A stretch of DNA of 64,000 nt from an uncultured Gammaproteobacteria bacterium. Lineage in GTDB: Bacteria > Pseudomonadota > Gammaproteobacteria > Steroidobacterales > Rariloculaceae. Both the position numbers and the translations under genes were made by a program. The notes below the pieces were generated by a model. The model was not told where the DNA came from. It searched no databases and saw only the letters and a program-made list of their open reading frames with translations. Numbering within the stretch: position 1 is the stretch's first letter; the number at the start of each line of letters is the position of its first letter. This document shows positions 1 to 8,651 of this stretch, piece after piece. The DNA is taken from contig CAVQPJ010000013.1 in assembly GCA_963714705.1 (NCBI GenBank), positions 962,512-1,026,511 on the forward strand, written 5' to 3'.

Positions 1-197
1 TCGCCGACGCTTCGCAACAGATTCCGCACCGCATCGGCCGACTCGGGTGTTTCGATGCGAGCGACGCGCGTCTCGTTGAGCTTCGAGTGCACGTCGTTGA
101 CGACGGCCGTGTCCGGTTCCCGTTGCGCGATCAGCCGGCGATACGGCAACACGGCCGCGAGCCCGGCCAACCGGAGGAAGTCTTTGCGTGTTAGCAG
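1..197 (-). CDS. FAD-binding oxidoreductase-like protein, N-terminal fragment running off the window (Tat-like leader)
   Basis: Minus-strand translation of 197..1 reads LLTRKDFLRLAGLAAVLPYRRLIAQREPDTAVVNDVHSKLNETRVARIETPESADAVRNLLRSVG. It has a Tat-like RKDFLRLAG leader, then a VVNDVHSxLN segment typical of PCMH-type FAD-binding proteins. An in-frame TGA at 210..212 leaves only a CTG as a possible start, so the start is unresolved. Confidence 0.35.
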   Translation of the reverse strand, partial: MLTRKDFLRLAGLAAVLPYRRLIAQREPDTAVVNDVHSKLNETRVARIETPESADAVRNLLRSVG

Positions 198-229
198 CGT
201 AAAGAACCGTCAGCCAATGGTTGCCGTTG

Positions 230-1300
230 TTACTGCACGCGCTTGAAGATCCAAGCGCCCGAAACCTGAACCTCGCGGACCTCGGTCGCCATCCCGCCGG
301 CCTCGCGCGTGAACACGTACGGCTGGCCCCACTGGCAGGTGGGGCATACGAACGTGGTCTCGGACTGCGGAACGAGCTGATTCTTTTCGCCGCCATTCCG
401 ACTCAACGACAGCGCGCCGCCTTCGAGCGTGACTTCGACCCTGGTCGGGTTATTGAGCCAAATACCCTCATACCTTCCAATGTATTTGCCGAGGATCTCC
501 GGAGCGACTTCGACCGCCGTTGCGTGACCGTCTGCAGTCTTGTCGCCGACCCAATGCTTGACGCCTCCTTCGGAGGCTTCGTTGCATACGAGCTCCAGCA
601 TCTCGTCGTCCGCCGCGTATTCCAGATTGACGACTACCTGCAGCGGTGAGTCGAACGTGCCGGGATCGTCGTACGTGACGTCCACCTGCATGTGGCCGAA
701 GTCCAGGCGACGGTAGCGCTCCGTGATGCGGAGGCGCTCCGTGTGCACTAACCCTTCGGCGTGCAGCCAAGTTCTGTCGTTGAAGCCGTTGCTCTCGACG
801 ACGAGCGTGTCGCCGTCCCAACGGCCGACGGAGTAGCCCTGCCAGATCGGCAGCGGATCCGGCTCGAGCGCTCGGCCGTCCATGAAGATCTGACGATACG
901 TCGTGTCAGGGTTCAGAATCGCGACCACCGTCGGGCTCTGCACGATCCTTCGCATGTTACCGCCACCGCCACCCGCACCCGCGATGTAGCTCGGCCCCTG
1001 CGGCAGGCACCGCATGTGAGGGCCGTCTCTGTAATAGTTGCTTTCGTGCTCGGCCATCGCAGCGCGCGCCCACGCCTGGACTTTGCTCTCGTCGCGCAAG
1101 TCACCACGCGTTCCGGCGCCGCGCCATAACCCGGTCAGCTCGGGACGGCCATCGGCCGTGCGCGGCGCGGGCGCGGAAAGATCCGGCTTGCCGTCGGCCG
1201 TGCGAGGGACGCCGGGCGTAGCGAGTGTCAGCCACTGTGCGGCCACTGTTGTGGCTGAAATTGCTGACACCAACAGGACCAACGTCGCGATTGGTTTCAT
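230..1300 (-). CDS. Secreted L-type partner protein (uncharacterised GxW(E/D)GDxLVV family), paralog 1, with an extra ~110-aa C-terminal domain
   Basis: ORF 230..1399. ATG at 1300 gives signal peptide MKPIATLVLLVSAISATTVAAQ. Motifs PELTGLW, MRCLPQGP, YRQIFMDGR, GRWDGDTLVVESNGF, ERYRR and ELVCNE are shared with 5376..6119, 36684..37499, 55883..56688 and the C-halves of 8652..9836 and 57199..58326. Confidence 0.8.
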   Translation of the reverse strand: MKPIATLVLLVSAISATTVAAQWLTLATPGVPRTADGKPDLSAPAPRTADGRPELTGLWRGAGTRGDLRDESKVQAWARAAMAEHESNYYRDGPHMRCLPQGPSYIAGAGGGGGNMRRIVQSPTVVAILNPDTTYRQIFMDGRALEPDPLPIWQGYSVGRWDGDTLVVESNGFNDRTWLHAEGLVHTERLRITERYRRLDFGHMQVDVTYDDPGTFDSPLQVVVNLEYAADDEMLELVCNEASEGGVKHWVGDKTADGHATAVEVAPEILGKYIGRYEGIWLNNPTRVEVTLEGGALSLSRNGGEKNQLVPQSETTFVCPTCQWGQPYVFTREAGGMATEVREVQVSGAWIFKRVQ

Positions 1301-1397
1301 GCTGCCCGCCGAAAGGTTGGTGCTAGCATTGAAGCCATCGTAGCCGATCTCTAACACCGGTATCGACAGCCGGTCTAGATTTGTGAGGAGCCCGGAC

Positions 1398-1796
1398 ATG
1401 AGAGTTGTGCCGCTGGTTGTCGTTGGCGTCGCGTGGCTTCTCGCGGCCTCACCTGCCGCCTCACATCACTCGTTTGCCGCGGAGTTCGACGTCAACCGGC
1501 CCGTCAAGTTGACGGGCACCGTCACGAAAATCGAATGGACGAATCCGCACGCGTGGCTCTTCATCGACGCCAAGAACGACAACGGCAGCGTCCAGAGCTG
1601 GGCGATCGAGCTCGTCGGTATCAACGATTTGCTCCGGCTCGGCTGGGGACGCGACAAAGTGAAAAATGGCGACGTCATCAACGTCGACGGATTCGGCGCG
1701 AAAAACGGAATGAGTATCGCAAACGCGGCCTCGGTCACTTTGGCCAGCTCAGGCGAGCTGCTTTGGGCCAGCGTCGCCAGGAAAGAAGCCAACTAG
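1398..1796 (+). CDS. Small secreted S-type protein (DUF6152-like), predicted mature N-terminus HHSF, paralog 1
   Basis: ATG 1398 is preceded by GAGGAG (1385..1390). The signal peptide ends AAS, followed by HHSFAAEFD, LTGTVTKIEWTNPHAW. Divergently arranged with the L-type gene 230..1300. Confidence 0.85.
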   Translation: MRVVPLVVVGVAWLLAASPAASHHSFAAEFDVNRPVKLTGTVTKIEWTNPHAWLFIDAKNDNGSVQSWAIELVGINDLLRLGWGRDKVKNGDVINVDGFGAKNGMSIANAASVTLASSGELLWASVARKEAN

Positions 1797-1826
1797 CCGC
1801 AACCAGCCCTCTCGGGTTGTAAGCGG

Positions 1827-2951
1827 TTGGCATCATCACGTATGCGCACTACCGAAGTCGCGCGAGGTTCTCGCGGCTCGATTTTTCCGCCGCGTCCCCG
1901 CGGCATGAAAGGACGCAGCGCCGAGCTGAAGACGCTCGCACGTACGATCGTTGCGACACGGCCCACGCGTGTCGCATTGATCGGCCCGGGCGGCAGCGGC
2001 AAGTCGATGTTGGCGACGGCGCTCGGTCACCGTTTGCACACCGCGTTCGGCGGCCGCGTCGACTGGTTCCGCTCCGCGAGCTGGGGCTTCTATACCTTGA
2101 GCGAGATGCTGGCGCTGCGCTTTGGCACCGGCCGCGGCGAAGGCCGCGTGCAGCGCTTGCAGGAATTCCTCGCGCACGGCCCGCAGCGGCTGATCGTGCT
2201 CGACAACCACGAAAACGACACTGCCGTGGAGCGCTTGTTCCGGACGTTCTCCGATACTCAGGCAACCTTCGTCATCACCGCTCGCCGCTGCCTGCTCGCG
2301 GGCGTGTTCACCTTTCCCGTCGTTGCACCGCTCGTCACCTCCGGCACGAGTGCGTTTCCGCGCGTGGCCGCGCTTACCCGCCTGTTGCGCTGGAACCCGC
2401 TGGCGCTCGACATCGCCGACGGCATCGTAAAGTCGCGCGCTGCGAGCGCGAAAGCGCTCGGCCAGTTCTTGCGCGACGCCGGAGTGACGCAAGTGCGCAC
2501 GCTGGAGCACGAGGACGACTTACCGGAGATCGCGCTGCTGATCGATTGGGCTTGGCCGCGCTTGAGCGTCGCGGCGCGCCGCGCGCTCGCCGTGCTCGCG
2601 CACGTCGAGGGCGACCATGTGGACGCGGTGTCGCTGGCCAAGCTTGCGCGAACCACGAAGCTCGGGCCGGCGGTCGGCGAGCTCGAGCGCTGGCATTTGG
2701 TGCTGCAGCCGGTCCGTGAACGTTATGCGTTGCACGCGGTGGTTCGACACGCTGTCGCGCGCCGTACCCAGCCCGATGCCGACCGCGTCTTTACGCACTA
2801 CGTGACGATGCTCGAGAAGCACCCGGAGCGGCTGGAGCTCGAGCAATCTCACCTATTCGCCGCGATGGAGCACGCCTCGCGTAAGAACGACATGATGGCG
2901 CTGCTGCGGATCGAGGCGCTCGCGCGCGTGCTCAGCGATGCGGCGACCTAA
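1827..2951 (+). CDS. Minimal NB-ARC/STAND-type P-loop NTPase (no recognisable effector or repeat sensor domain)
   Basis: Walker A GPGGSGKS, Walker B LIVLDNHEN, RNBS-B-like FVITAR, GLPL-like WNPLALDIA, then a helical/winged-helix-like tail. The start could also be ATG 1842 or 1905. Confidence 0.6.
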   Translation: MASSRMRTTEVARGSRGSIFPPRPRGMKGRSAELKTLARTIVATRPTRVALIGPGGSGKSMLATALGHRLHTAFGGRVDWFRSASWGFYTLSEMLALRFGTGRGEGRVQRLQEFLAHGPQRLIVLDNHENDTAVERLFRTFSDTQATFVITARRCLLAGVFTFPVVAPLVTSGTSAFPRVAALTRLLRWNPLALDIADGIVKSRAASAKALGQFLRDAGVTQVRTLEHEDDLPEIALLIDWAWPRLSVAARRALAVLAHVEGDHVDAVSLAKLARTTKLGPAVGELERWHLVLQPVRERYALHAVVRHAVARRTQPDADRVFTHYVTMLEKHPERLELEQSHLFAAMEHASRKNDMMALLRIEALARVLSDAAT

Positions 2952-2994
2952 GTACCTCGACCTCGACCGCCGTCTCGCGGAGACCATCAGAAAT

Positions 2995-3071
2995 TGGCGC
3001 GCCCGGAGAGACTCGAACTCCCGACCCTCAGGTTCGAAGCCTGATGCTCTATCCAACTGAGCTACGGGCGC
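2995..3071 (-). tRNA. tRNA-Arg (anticodon UCG)
   Basis: The reverse complement folds as a cloverleaf: acceptor GCGCCCG/CGGGCGC, D-stem GCTC/GAGC, anticodon stem TCAGG/CCTGA with loop CTTCGAA (anticodon TCG), T-arm GGGAG-TTCGAGT-CTCTC, discriminator G, encoded CCA. 77 nt. Confidence 0.95.
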
Positions 3072-3249
3072 CTGGCCGGGATTGTAATGGAGTGCACCCG
3101 CTCCATGTCACGACACCGGGTTTCGACCGCCCCGGCGCGAGACGGCCCGGGGGCTTGCGAGACATTTCTGACCAGATCAGCCGGATTTCGGCGTTGCGCG
3201 CGATCAAACCGGGCGCGCAGAATCAAACCACCTGCTTCTCGGGTGAACA

Positions 3250-3783
3250 ATGAACGCGACCGCCGCGAGACCGAAGACCTACCGCGTGACGCGGGCGGAG
3301 CTGCGCCGGCGCTGGCAGCAGCTGGCCCTCGATCCGCTCGTGGCTGCGCTCCCGTTCAAAGTCGAGCTCAACGAGAAGGGCGTAATCGAAGTGAGTCCGC
3401 CGACGACTCGTCACGCTTTCCTTCAGTTTTTTGTCGCTCGCGAGCTGGATCGGCAGCGGCCTGAAGGCACGACGTTGACGGAGTGTCCGATCGAAACGGA
3501 CATCGGCATGCGGATTCCCGACGTCGTCTGGGCTTCAGCCGAGTTCATGGCAAGTCACCGAGGCGAGAACGAGTTTCGCGTCGCACCAGATCTCTGTGTC
3601 GAGGTGCTGTCGCCGAGGAATACGCAGGCCGAGATGGCGGAGAAAATCGCGGCCTATCTCACCGCCGGCGCGCGGGAAGTCTGGCTCGTCGGCGACGACG
3701 GCGTGCCTGAAGTCCACACGAGCGCCGGCCGCGCACCTGCGAGCACGATCGGCTTCGAGCTGCCGCGGCCGCCTACGACTTGA
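3250..3783 (+). CDS. Uma2-family (DUF820) putative endonuclease
   Basis: 177 aa. PD-(D/E)xK-like core IPDVVW...APDLCVEVLSPRN...EMAEKIAAYLTAGAREVWLV is typical of the Uma2 family. Confidence 0.8.
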   Translation: MNATAARPKTYRVTRAELRRRWQQLALDPLVAALPFKVELNEKGVIEVSPPTTRHAFLQFFVARELDRQRPEGTTLTECPIETDIGMRIPDVVWASAEFMASHRGENEFRVAPDLCVEVLSPRNTQAEMAEKIAAYLTAGAREVWLVGDDGVPEVHTSAGRAPASTIGFELPRPPTT

Positions 3784-3840
3784 CGCGTAAGTGAGAGCTG
3801 CTAGACCACGTTAGCTGCCGGCGCGCGGTCGAGCCGTTGG

Positions 3841-4407
3841 TCATCGCCTTCCCTGTCTTTTGAACTCGCCCTGGCCGACCGCAGCCCACCTGCTGACGTC
3901 CTCCCCTGGATCCGAGCGCCGGTCGTTCCCCACCCACGACCACTGGACCAACAGCGAGTCCTGACCGATTCGCGCGATGTTGAACACATAAACATGAGTG
4001 CAACAACTATTGGTGATGTGGGTGTAAACGACTAAGCCGTCTCCTCCGAGTTGATTTGACACCCAAGAGAATTCTTGCCGTCGCCATGCCGTAGCCTGCC
4101 GACTTCGTGGATTTCGTGGTTGAGGAACATAAACGGCTATCCCCCACGCTCGGGAGATGTCGATGAGAAACTCTCGTGGTTCACTCCATGACTCCAGCCT
4201 CAACTCTTGGATAACGTCGCCAGAGAGGCCGTACAGTTCGACAGGCGCTATCGTGCCCCTCCACTCGCCCGCGTAAGGCGATACTTCCTGCTGCGCCCGG
4301 GCAATCGGTAACAGATAGGCCAGCGCGACAAGTAGCAACGCCGCTCGAAGAACGCTTCTATCGAACAGCGTCGTCCTGGCGCTCACTTTCGTTCTCTTGC
4401 AGCTCAC
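3841..4407 (-). CDS. Hypothetical secreted protein (low-GC islet)
   Basis: 188-aa ORF with hydrophobic leader LLLVALAYLLPIARAQQ. Atypical codons (AGA, ATA, TTA, AGT) and locally reduced GC. It overlaps the upstream ORF by up to 50 nt, so the start is uncertain. Confidence 0.5.
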   Translation of the reverse strand: MSCKRTKVSARTTLFDRSVLRAALLLVALAYLLPIARAQQEVSPYAGEWRGTIAPVELYGLSGDVIQELRLESWSEPREFLIDISRAWGIAVYVPQPRNPRSRQATAWRRQEFSWVSNQLGGDGLVVYTHITNSCCTHVYVFNIARIGQDSLLVQWSWVGNDRRSDPGEDVSRWAAVGQGEFKRQGRR

Positions 4408-4849
4408 CGACCGCTTGCATCGCGAAAGCCTGCGCGGTTTCGTCGGCTACGCGGAGCGGCCTGATGGAGCGGGTTATGGCGACCAGGATCGATGTGTTGT
4501 CTCTCTTCGTGACATTGAGCGCCCAAGTCTCCGCTGCGCGCTCAGAAAGCGCATCGGCAATGACCATGGCGCTCGGGCCGCTGCGCACGACACGCCGCAC
4601 GCGTAGCTCGTGCCATTCCGATAAGAGAGCGAAAACCCTGGCGGCGTCGGCCGAGACTTCGATTCGCAGCTCGAATTCGTCACCGGCAGCGAACCGGCCA
4701 AGTGGATCTTCGTAGTTGGTTCCGATGACTACTACTGACCCTTCCCATGCGCCGTCCACCTCGCCTAGCGAGGGAGGCTGCGCCCACGTTGCGGCTCCGT
4801 AGAGCAGACAGATACTGGCTCCGAGCAGCGCTGGCACAGCGTTAGTCAC
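4358..4849 (-). CDS. Hypothetical secreted protein (low-GC islet)
   Basis: 163-aa ORF with signal peptide MTNAVPALLGASICLLYGAATWAQ. No family recognised. GC is lower than in the flanks. Confidence 0.55.
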   Translation of the reverse strand: MTNAVPALLGASICLLYGAATWAQPPSLGEVDGAWEGSVVVIGTNYEDPLGRFAAGDEFELRIEVSADAARVFALLSEWHELRVRRVVRSGPSAMVIADALSERAAETWALNVTKRDNTSILVAITRSIRPLRVADETAQAFAMQAVGELQENESERQDDAVR

Positions 4850-4943
4850 GATCTTCCTCGAACCGACTCGCAGCGGCCGGAAGTCGAATTGGGCGCATGC
4901 GCGCGATCTTAGTAGAGCGCGCGCGGAATCCCTAGTCCGCTGG

Positions 4944-5375
4944 CTAGCCGCCCGTGCCGCCGAAGTTCACGACCTGGGTGCCGTCCGGAAACGTCGCGCG
5001 CTGCAGCGTGCCGCCGGGCTCGCCGCTCTTCAGCGGCCAGACGACGACTTTGACCTTGTCGCCGGGCTCGAAGGTGTTCTTCGTCCAGCCGCGGCGGCCC
5101 AAATAGTTCGGGCTCATGCCTTCGAGGCCCCAGCGCGTCTTGCTGCCGTCGGCGTTCGTGACGTTGATCCACAAGAAGGTGTGCGGGTTCGTCCACTGGA
5201 ACTCGATGACTTCGCCTTCGAGGTCCTTGTTCGTCTGCGTGTCGAACACGCTGAACGAGTGATGCGCCTCGGCGCGCGACGTCCACGCTGCGAGCGTGAG
5301 GATGCCGACGACGCTGCCGAGCACCATGGTTACGTGCCGCAGGGAGCGAGCGCGATTCGTGGTTCTGCGCATCAT
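4944..5375 (-). CDS. Small secreted S-type protein (DUF6152-like), paralog 2
   Basis: Signal peptide ends SRAEA, followed by HHSFSVFD, EGEVIEFQWTNPHTFL. Its start codon directly abuts the TAA stop (5376..5378) of the upstream L-type gene. Confidence 0.85.
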   Translation of the reverse strand: MMRRTTNRARSLRHVTMVLGSVVGILTLAAWTSRAEAHHSFSVFDTQTNKDLEGEVIEFQWTNPHTFLWINVTNADGSKTRWGLEGMSPNYLGRRGWTKNTFEPGDKVKVVVWPLKSGEPGGTLQRATFPDGTQVVNFGGTGG

Positions 5376-6119
5376 TTACTTCTCCTCGAAGCTCAAGTCG
5401 ATGCCGGACTTGCCGTCGTCGGTCGTGAAGTTTCTGTTGTTCTGCTGGCACACGTACTCGGCGAGCGTCCAGTCGCGGTGACGGCCGTAGGCGGCCGTGC
5501 GCGTGAACGGCTTCGTGAGCGCTTCAGGGTCGGAGATCGTCGTCACGACTTCCAAGCGATCGGGCTCCGCCAAGCGGAACCGCTCGACGATGCGCATCTT
5601 CTCGCTGTGGCGCTGGCCTTGGTTGCCGAGTGACGTGTCCGTCGTGAACCCGACGGTGTCGACGACGAGCGTGTCGCCTTCCCAATGGCCGGTGGAGTGG
5701 CCGTTGAACGTGAGATCGGGATCCTCGGGATGCGGGCGGCTGTCCGTGAAGATCTGCCGCCACTGCGCATACGCCTCGATGAGGATCGTGACTTTGCCCG
5801 GCGTGAACAGAATCTCGATCGGATACGGCTGCGTCATGATCGCCGGCATGCCGTTCGGCACGCAGTTCGCCGTGGGACCGTCCTCGATCTCGCCGCGCTG
5901 CGTGGCCGCCTGAAACTCCGCGAGCTTCGCGGCGTACTCCGGCGTGAACGCCGGCGGCTCGCCGCCGCCGCGCGGCCCGCCGCCGCGCGTGACTTCCCAT
6001 AAGCCGCTGAAGTCCGGCAGCTTTGCTATGTTTTCCCAGGTGTCGCCTTGCGGCCCCGACTTTTGCGCCGCGAGCGGCGCTGCAGCGAAAACCGCGATGA
6101 ACCAAACGTGGCGTAGCAT
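5376..6119 (-). CDS. Secreted L-type partner protein, paralog 2
   Basis: ATG at 6119 gives signal peptide MLRHVWFIAVFAAAPLAAQ. Motifs PDFSGLW, ANCVPNGMP, WRQIFTDSR, GHWEGDTLVVDTVGF, ERFRL, EYVCQQNN. Confidence 0.85.
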   Translation of the reverse strand: MLRHVWFIAVFAAAPLAAQKSGPQGDTWENIAKLPDFSGLWEVTRGGGPRGGGEPPAFTPEYAAKLAEFQAATQRGEIEDGPTANCVPNGMPAIMTQPYPIEILFTPGKVTILIEAYAQWRQIFTDSRPHPEDPDLTFNGHSTGHWEGDTLVVDTVGFTTDTSLGNQGQRHSEKMRIVERFRLAEPDRLEVVTTISDPEALTKPFTRTAAYGRHRDWTLAEYVCQQNNRNFTTDDGKSGIDLSFEEK

Positions 6120-6188
6120 GATTCCCCCCTTCCCTGCCGTATACACTAGCAGCCCCGAGCTACCGCAGGCAGGACGATCTTCGAGAAC

Positions 6189-6864
6189 ATGCTCGAGCAC
6201 GCAGAACCCGCGCCGGCGCTGTCGTGGCTCGATGGCGCGCTGACTCAGTTCGCCGCCGACAACGCCGATCTCAGTCGCGCGCACGCGCGCGCTGCTCGAC
6301 TCCCTCATCGCGGAGCCGAAGCGCCACGCGCGCATGCTCAACACGCTGTCACTGCTCGAGCACATGGGCAGCCACAAGATCATGGCCACGCAACACTCGG
6401 CGGCCATCGATCAAGCGACGCTGAAGCACGTCGCCGAGGAAGCGCACCACGCGTTCTTCATGAAACGGCAGGCCGAGAAGACGGCCGAGCGTGCGCTCGA
6501 GTACGTCGCCGACGATCTGCTCGCGCCCTCTTCCGCCCGGATGTATTTCCAACGGCTCGAAGGGGCGACGGTGCACGCGCTTGGGCCAACGCGCAGCGCG
6601 CGCGCGGCCTACCTTTATATGTCGATGATCGTCGAGTTCCGCGCCTTGTGGTTCTACGGGTTGTACGAGGAAGCGCTGAAGCGAGCGCGGCATGCGCTGT
6701 CGTTGAAACGCGTGCTCGGCGAAGAGCAAGCGCACCTGGGCGACATGGCCGAGCGGCTCGAAGCCGGCGACGAGCTCGACGACGAGCGTGCAGCGCAAGT
6801 GCTTGCTGTGGAGCGCCGCCTATACGAGCGCCTGCTCGGCGCGATCGAGCGGGCGACCGCATGA
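6189..6864 (+). pseudogene. Ferritin-like diiron-carboxylate protein with one apparent frameshift near 6290
   Basis: The N-terminal ~33 codons are in the frame of ATG 6189 (GC3-rich). The rest is in the frame of 6334..6864. The join lies in the alternating GC run 6276..6292. The motif pattern E..EEAHH and E..EEQAH (E-x~28-ExxH twice) is the diiron four-helix-bundle signature. Confidence 0.6.
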
Positions 6865-7586
6865 TGCGCGTCCTCCGAGCGACAGTCTTCTGCGCGCTCG
6901 CAGCGCTCGCAGTGCAGTCGACTCGAGCGGAAGTCACCGAGCGCATCATGCGCGTGGCCGGCACGACGGTGAGCTACAAGCTCGTGCTGCCGAACGACTA
7001 CGACGCGGCCAAGGCCTACCCTGCGATTCTCGTCTTCGGCGGCGGCCCGCAAACGATGAGCACGATCGACGGCGCGCTCGCGCGTAACTTCCAGGCCGAG
7101 GCCGAGGAGCGCGGCTACATCGTGATCGGCCCCGCGGCCCCCGACGGCGACCTCTTCTTCTACGACGGTGACCGGATCTTCCCCGACTTCTTGGACAACA
7201 TCCTCGCGATCCACAAGATCGAAGCCGGCAAGTTCCACGTCGCGGGGCCGTCGAACGGAGGCATCGCCGCGATGCACGTCGCAGCCAAGTTTCCGCAGTA
7301 TTTTCTCTCGGCGACGGCGTTCCCCGGTTACTTGTGGCAACCGAGCCCGGCGAAGCTGCGCGCGCTCGAGGGCATCTGCGCCTATTTCTACATCGGCGAG
7401 AACGACGAGTACCGCTGGCACGGCGAGATGGAGAAGGAAGCGGAGGATCTCCGCGCCCGCGGCAGCGTCGCGCAGTACACGGTGGAAAAGGGTCAGCCGC
7501 ACCGGCTCGAGACGCTCGCCGGCGCGGGTGCGAGCCGGTTGTTCGACGGCTTCGAGACGGCGAGAAAAGGATGTCGGCGCCAGTGA
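6861..7586 (+). CDS. Secreted alpha/beta-hydrolase (esterase-like)
   Basis: The ATG at 6861 overlaps the upstream stop (ATGA). Signal peptide MMRVLRATVFCALAALAVQSTRAE. Nucleophile elbow GPSNGG. This is the 3' part of the composite ORF 6189..7586. Confidence 0.75.
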   Translation: MMRVLRATVFCALAALAVQSTRAEVTERIMRVAGTTVSYKLVLPNDYDAAKAYPAILVFGGGPQTMSTIDGALARNFQAEAEERGYIVIGPAAPDGDLFFYDGDRIFPDFLDNILAIHKIEAGKFHVAGPSNGGIAAMHVAAKFPQYFLSATAFPGYLWQPSPAKLRALEGICAYFYIGENDEYRWHGEMEKEAEDLRARGSVAQYTVEKGQPHRLETLAGAGASRLFDGFETARKGCRRQ

Positions 7587-8590
7587 ATCGCTTGCAAGCG
7601 CGGAGCTCGACGTGTGCGGCCGCGCTCGCCGTCGTCGCGCTCGCGTTCGCTTCCACGGCGAGCGCGCAAGAGCCGCAGCCGCGAATCACGCTGATCGAGC
7701 TCACGCCGCACCTTGCCGTGAACGACGCCGCGGAGCTCATCGAGGCGAAGAGCTACGCCCGCGCCGTCGAGATCCTCGACGGCTTCATCGCAAACCATCC
7801 CGAGCCCGTGCCCGAGGCGTTCTATCTGCTCGGCCTCGCTCATTACCAGCTCGGCAACTATGCGGAAGCACGCCTGCCCGCCGAGCGCGCGGCGACGCTG
7901 GCGCCCGACGCGCCCGTTAGCTGGCTCGAGCTCGTCGCCGACGTGCTGAAGCGCAGCGAGAATCATCGCGCGGCGATCCCTTGGTGGCAGAAGCTCATCG
8001 AGAGAACGCCGGGCAACAAGATCTATTGGCTCGAGCTGTCGGTCGCGTACGAGAAGGTCGGCGACCTCGACCACGCGCTCGCAACGATGCGGCTCGCACA
8101 GAACGTCGAGCTCTTGAGCGACGATGCGGATTTCCGGCGCCTCTCCGACTTGCTGATCAACAGAGGGTTGCCGCAGCAAAGCGCCGAGGTGCTCGAGCAA
8201 GCGCTCTCGCAGCAGGTCGTGCGCGGCGACGAGGCCGCCTACACGAAGCTCGGCACGGCGTGGTTCAACGCCGGCGAGCCCGACAAAGCCGTTGCTCCGC
8301 TCGAGAATGCCGCGCGCGCTGCCAGCACCGGGGACGCCTACGTGCGCCTCGCCATCGTGCACGTCGCACGCGAGGACTGGCCCGCCGCGGTTGCAGCACT
8401 GCATGCCGGCATGGGCCGCGGCTCGTTGACGGACGAGGGCCAAGCGAACCTGCTGATGGGCGTCGCGCTGTATCGGCAGCAGCAGTTCGACGAAGCGCGA
8501 ACGTGGTTCGAGCAAGCCGCCGAAGTGCCGCGTCACCGCCCGATGGCGGAGGACTACCTGCGCGCCATCGACGCGGCCACGGCCGACTAA
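7571..8590 (+). CDS. Secreted TPR-repeat protein
   Basis: ATG 7571 lies within ORF 7334..8590. Signal peptide ...ALAFASTASAQE. Repeated TPR-like helices (AFYLLGLAHYQLGNYAEA, WLELSVAYEKVGDLDHA, LLMGVALYRQQQFDEA). Confidence 0.75.
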   Translation: MSAPVNRLQARSSTCAAALAVVALAFASTASAQEPQPRITLIELTPHLAVNDAAELIEAKSYARAVEILDGFIANHPEPVPEAFYLLGLAHYQLGNYAEARLPAERAATLAPDAPVSWLELVADVLKRSENHRAAIPWWQKLIERTPGNKIYWLELSVAYEKVGDLDHALATMRLAQNVELLSDDADFRRLSDLLINRGLPQQSAEVLEQALSQQVVRGDEAAYTKLGTAWFNAGEPDKAVAPLENAARAASTGDAYVRLAIVHVAREDWPAAVAALHAGMGRGSLTDEGQANLLMGVALYRQQQFDEARTWFEQAAEVPRHRPMAEDYLRAIDAATAD

Positions 8591-8651
8591 AGATTGCGGA
8601 CGCGTATCGGCGGGGGTAACGTACCTCGGCGTCCCCCGACTGGTACCGATC

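Noticed and set aside
3072-3249. Integrase gene, att direct repeat or transposase adjacent to tRNA-Arg
   Set aside because: No recombinase ORF is present, and no duplicate of the tRNA 3' end could be seen. Only a short inverted repeat (ATGGAG...CTCCAT at about 3087..3106) is present.
3841-4849. Paralogy between the two islet proteins and the small secreted protein at 58323..58725 (shared GxWxG after the signal peptide)
   Set aside because: The similarity is limited to a 5-residue pattern that is common in many secreted beta-rich proteins. No extended alignment is visible.
6189-7586. 465-aa ORF read as one protein
   Set aside because: It is a composite. Only its first ~33 codons and its last 241 codons (the esterase, from ATG 6861) look coding in this frame. 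The ferritin-like body lies in the frame of 6334..6864.
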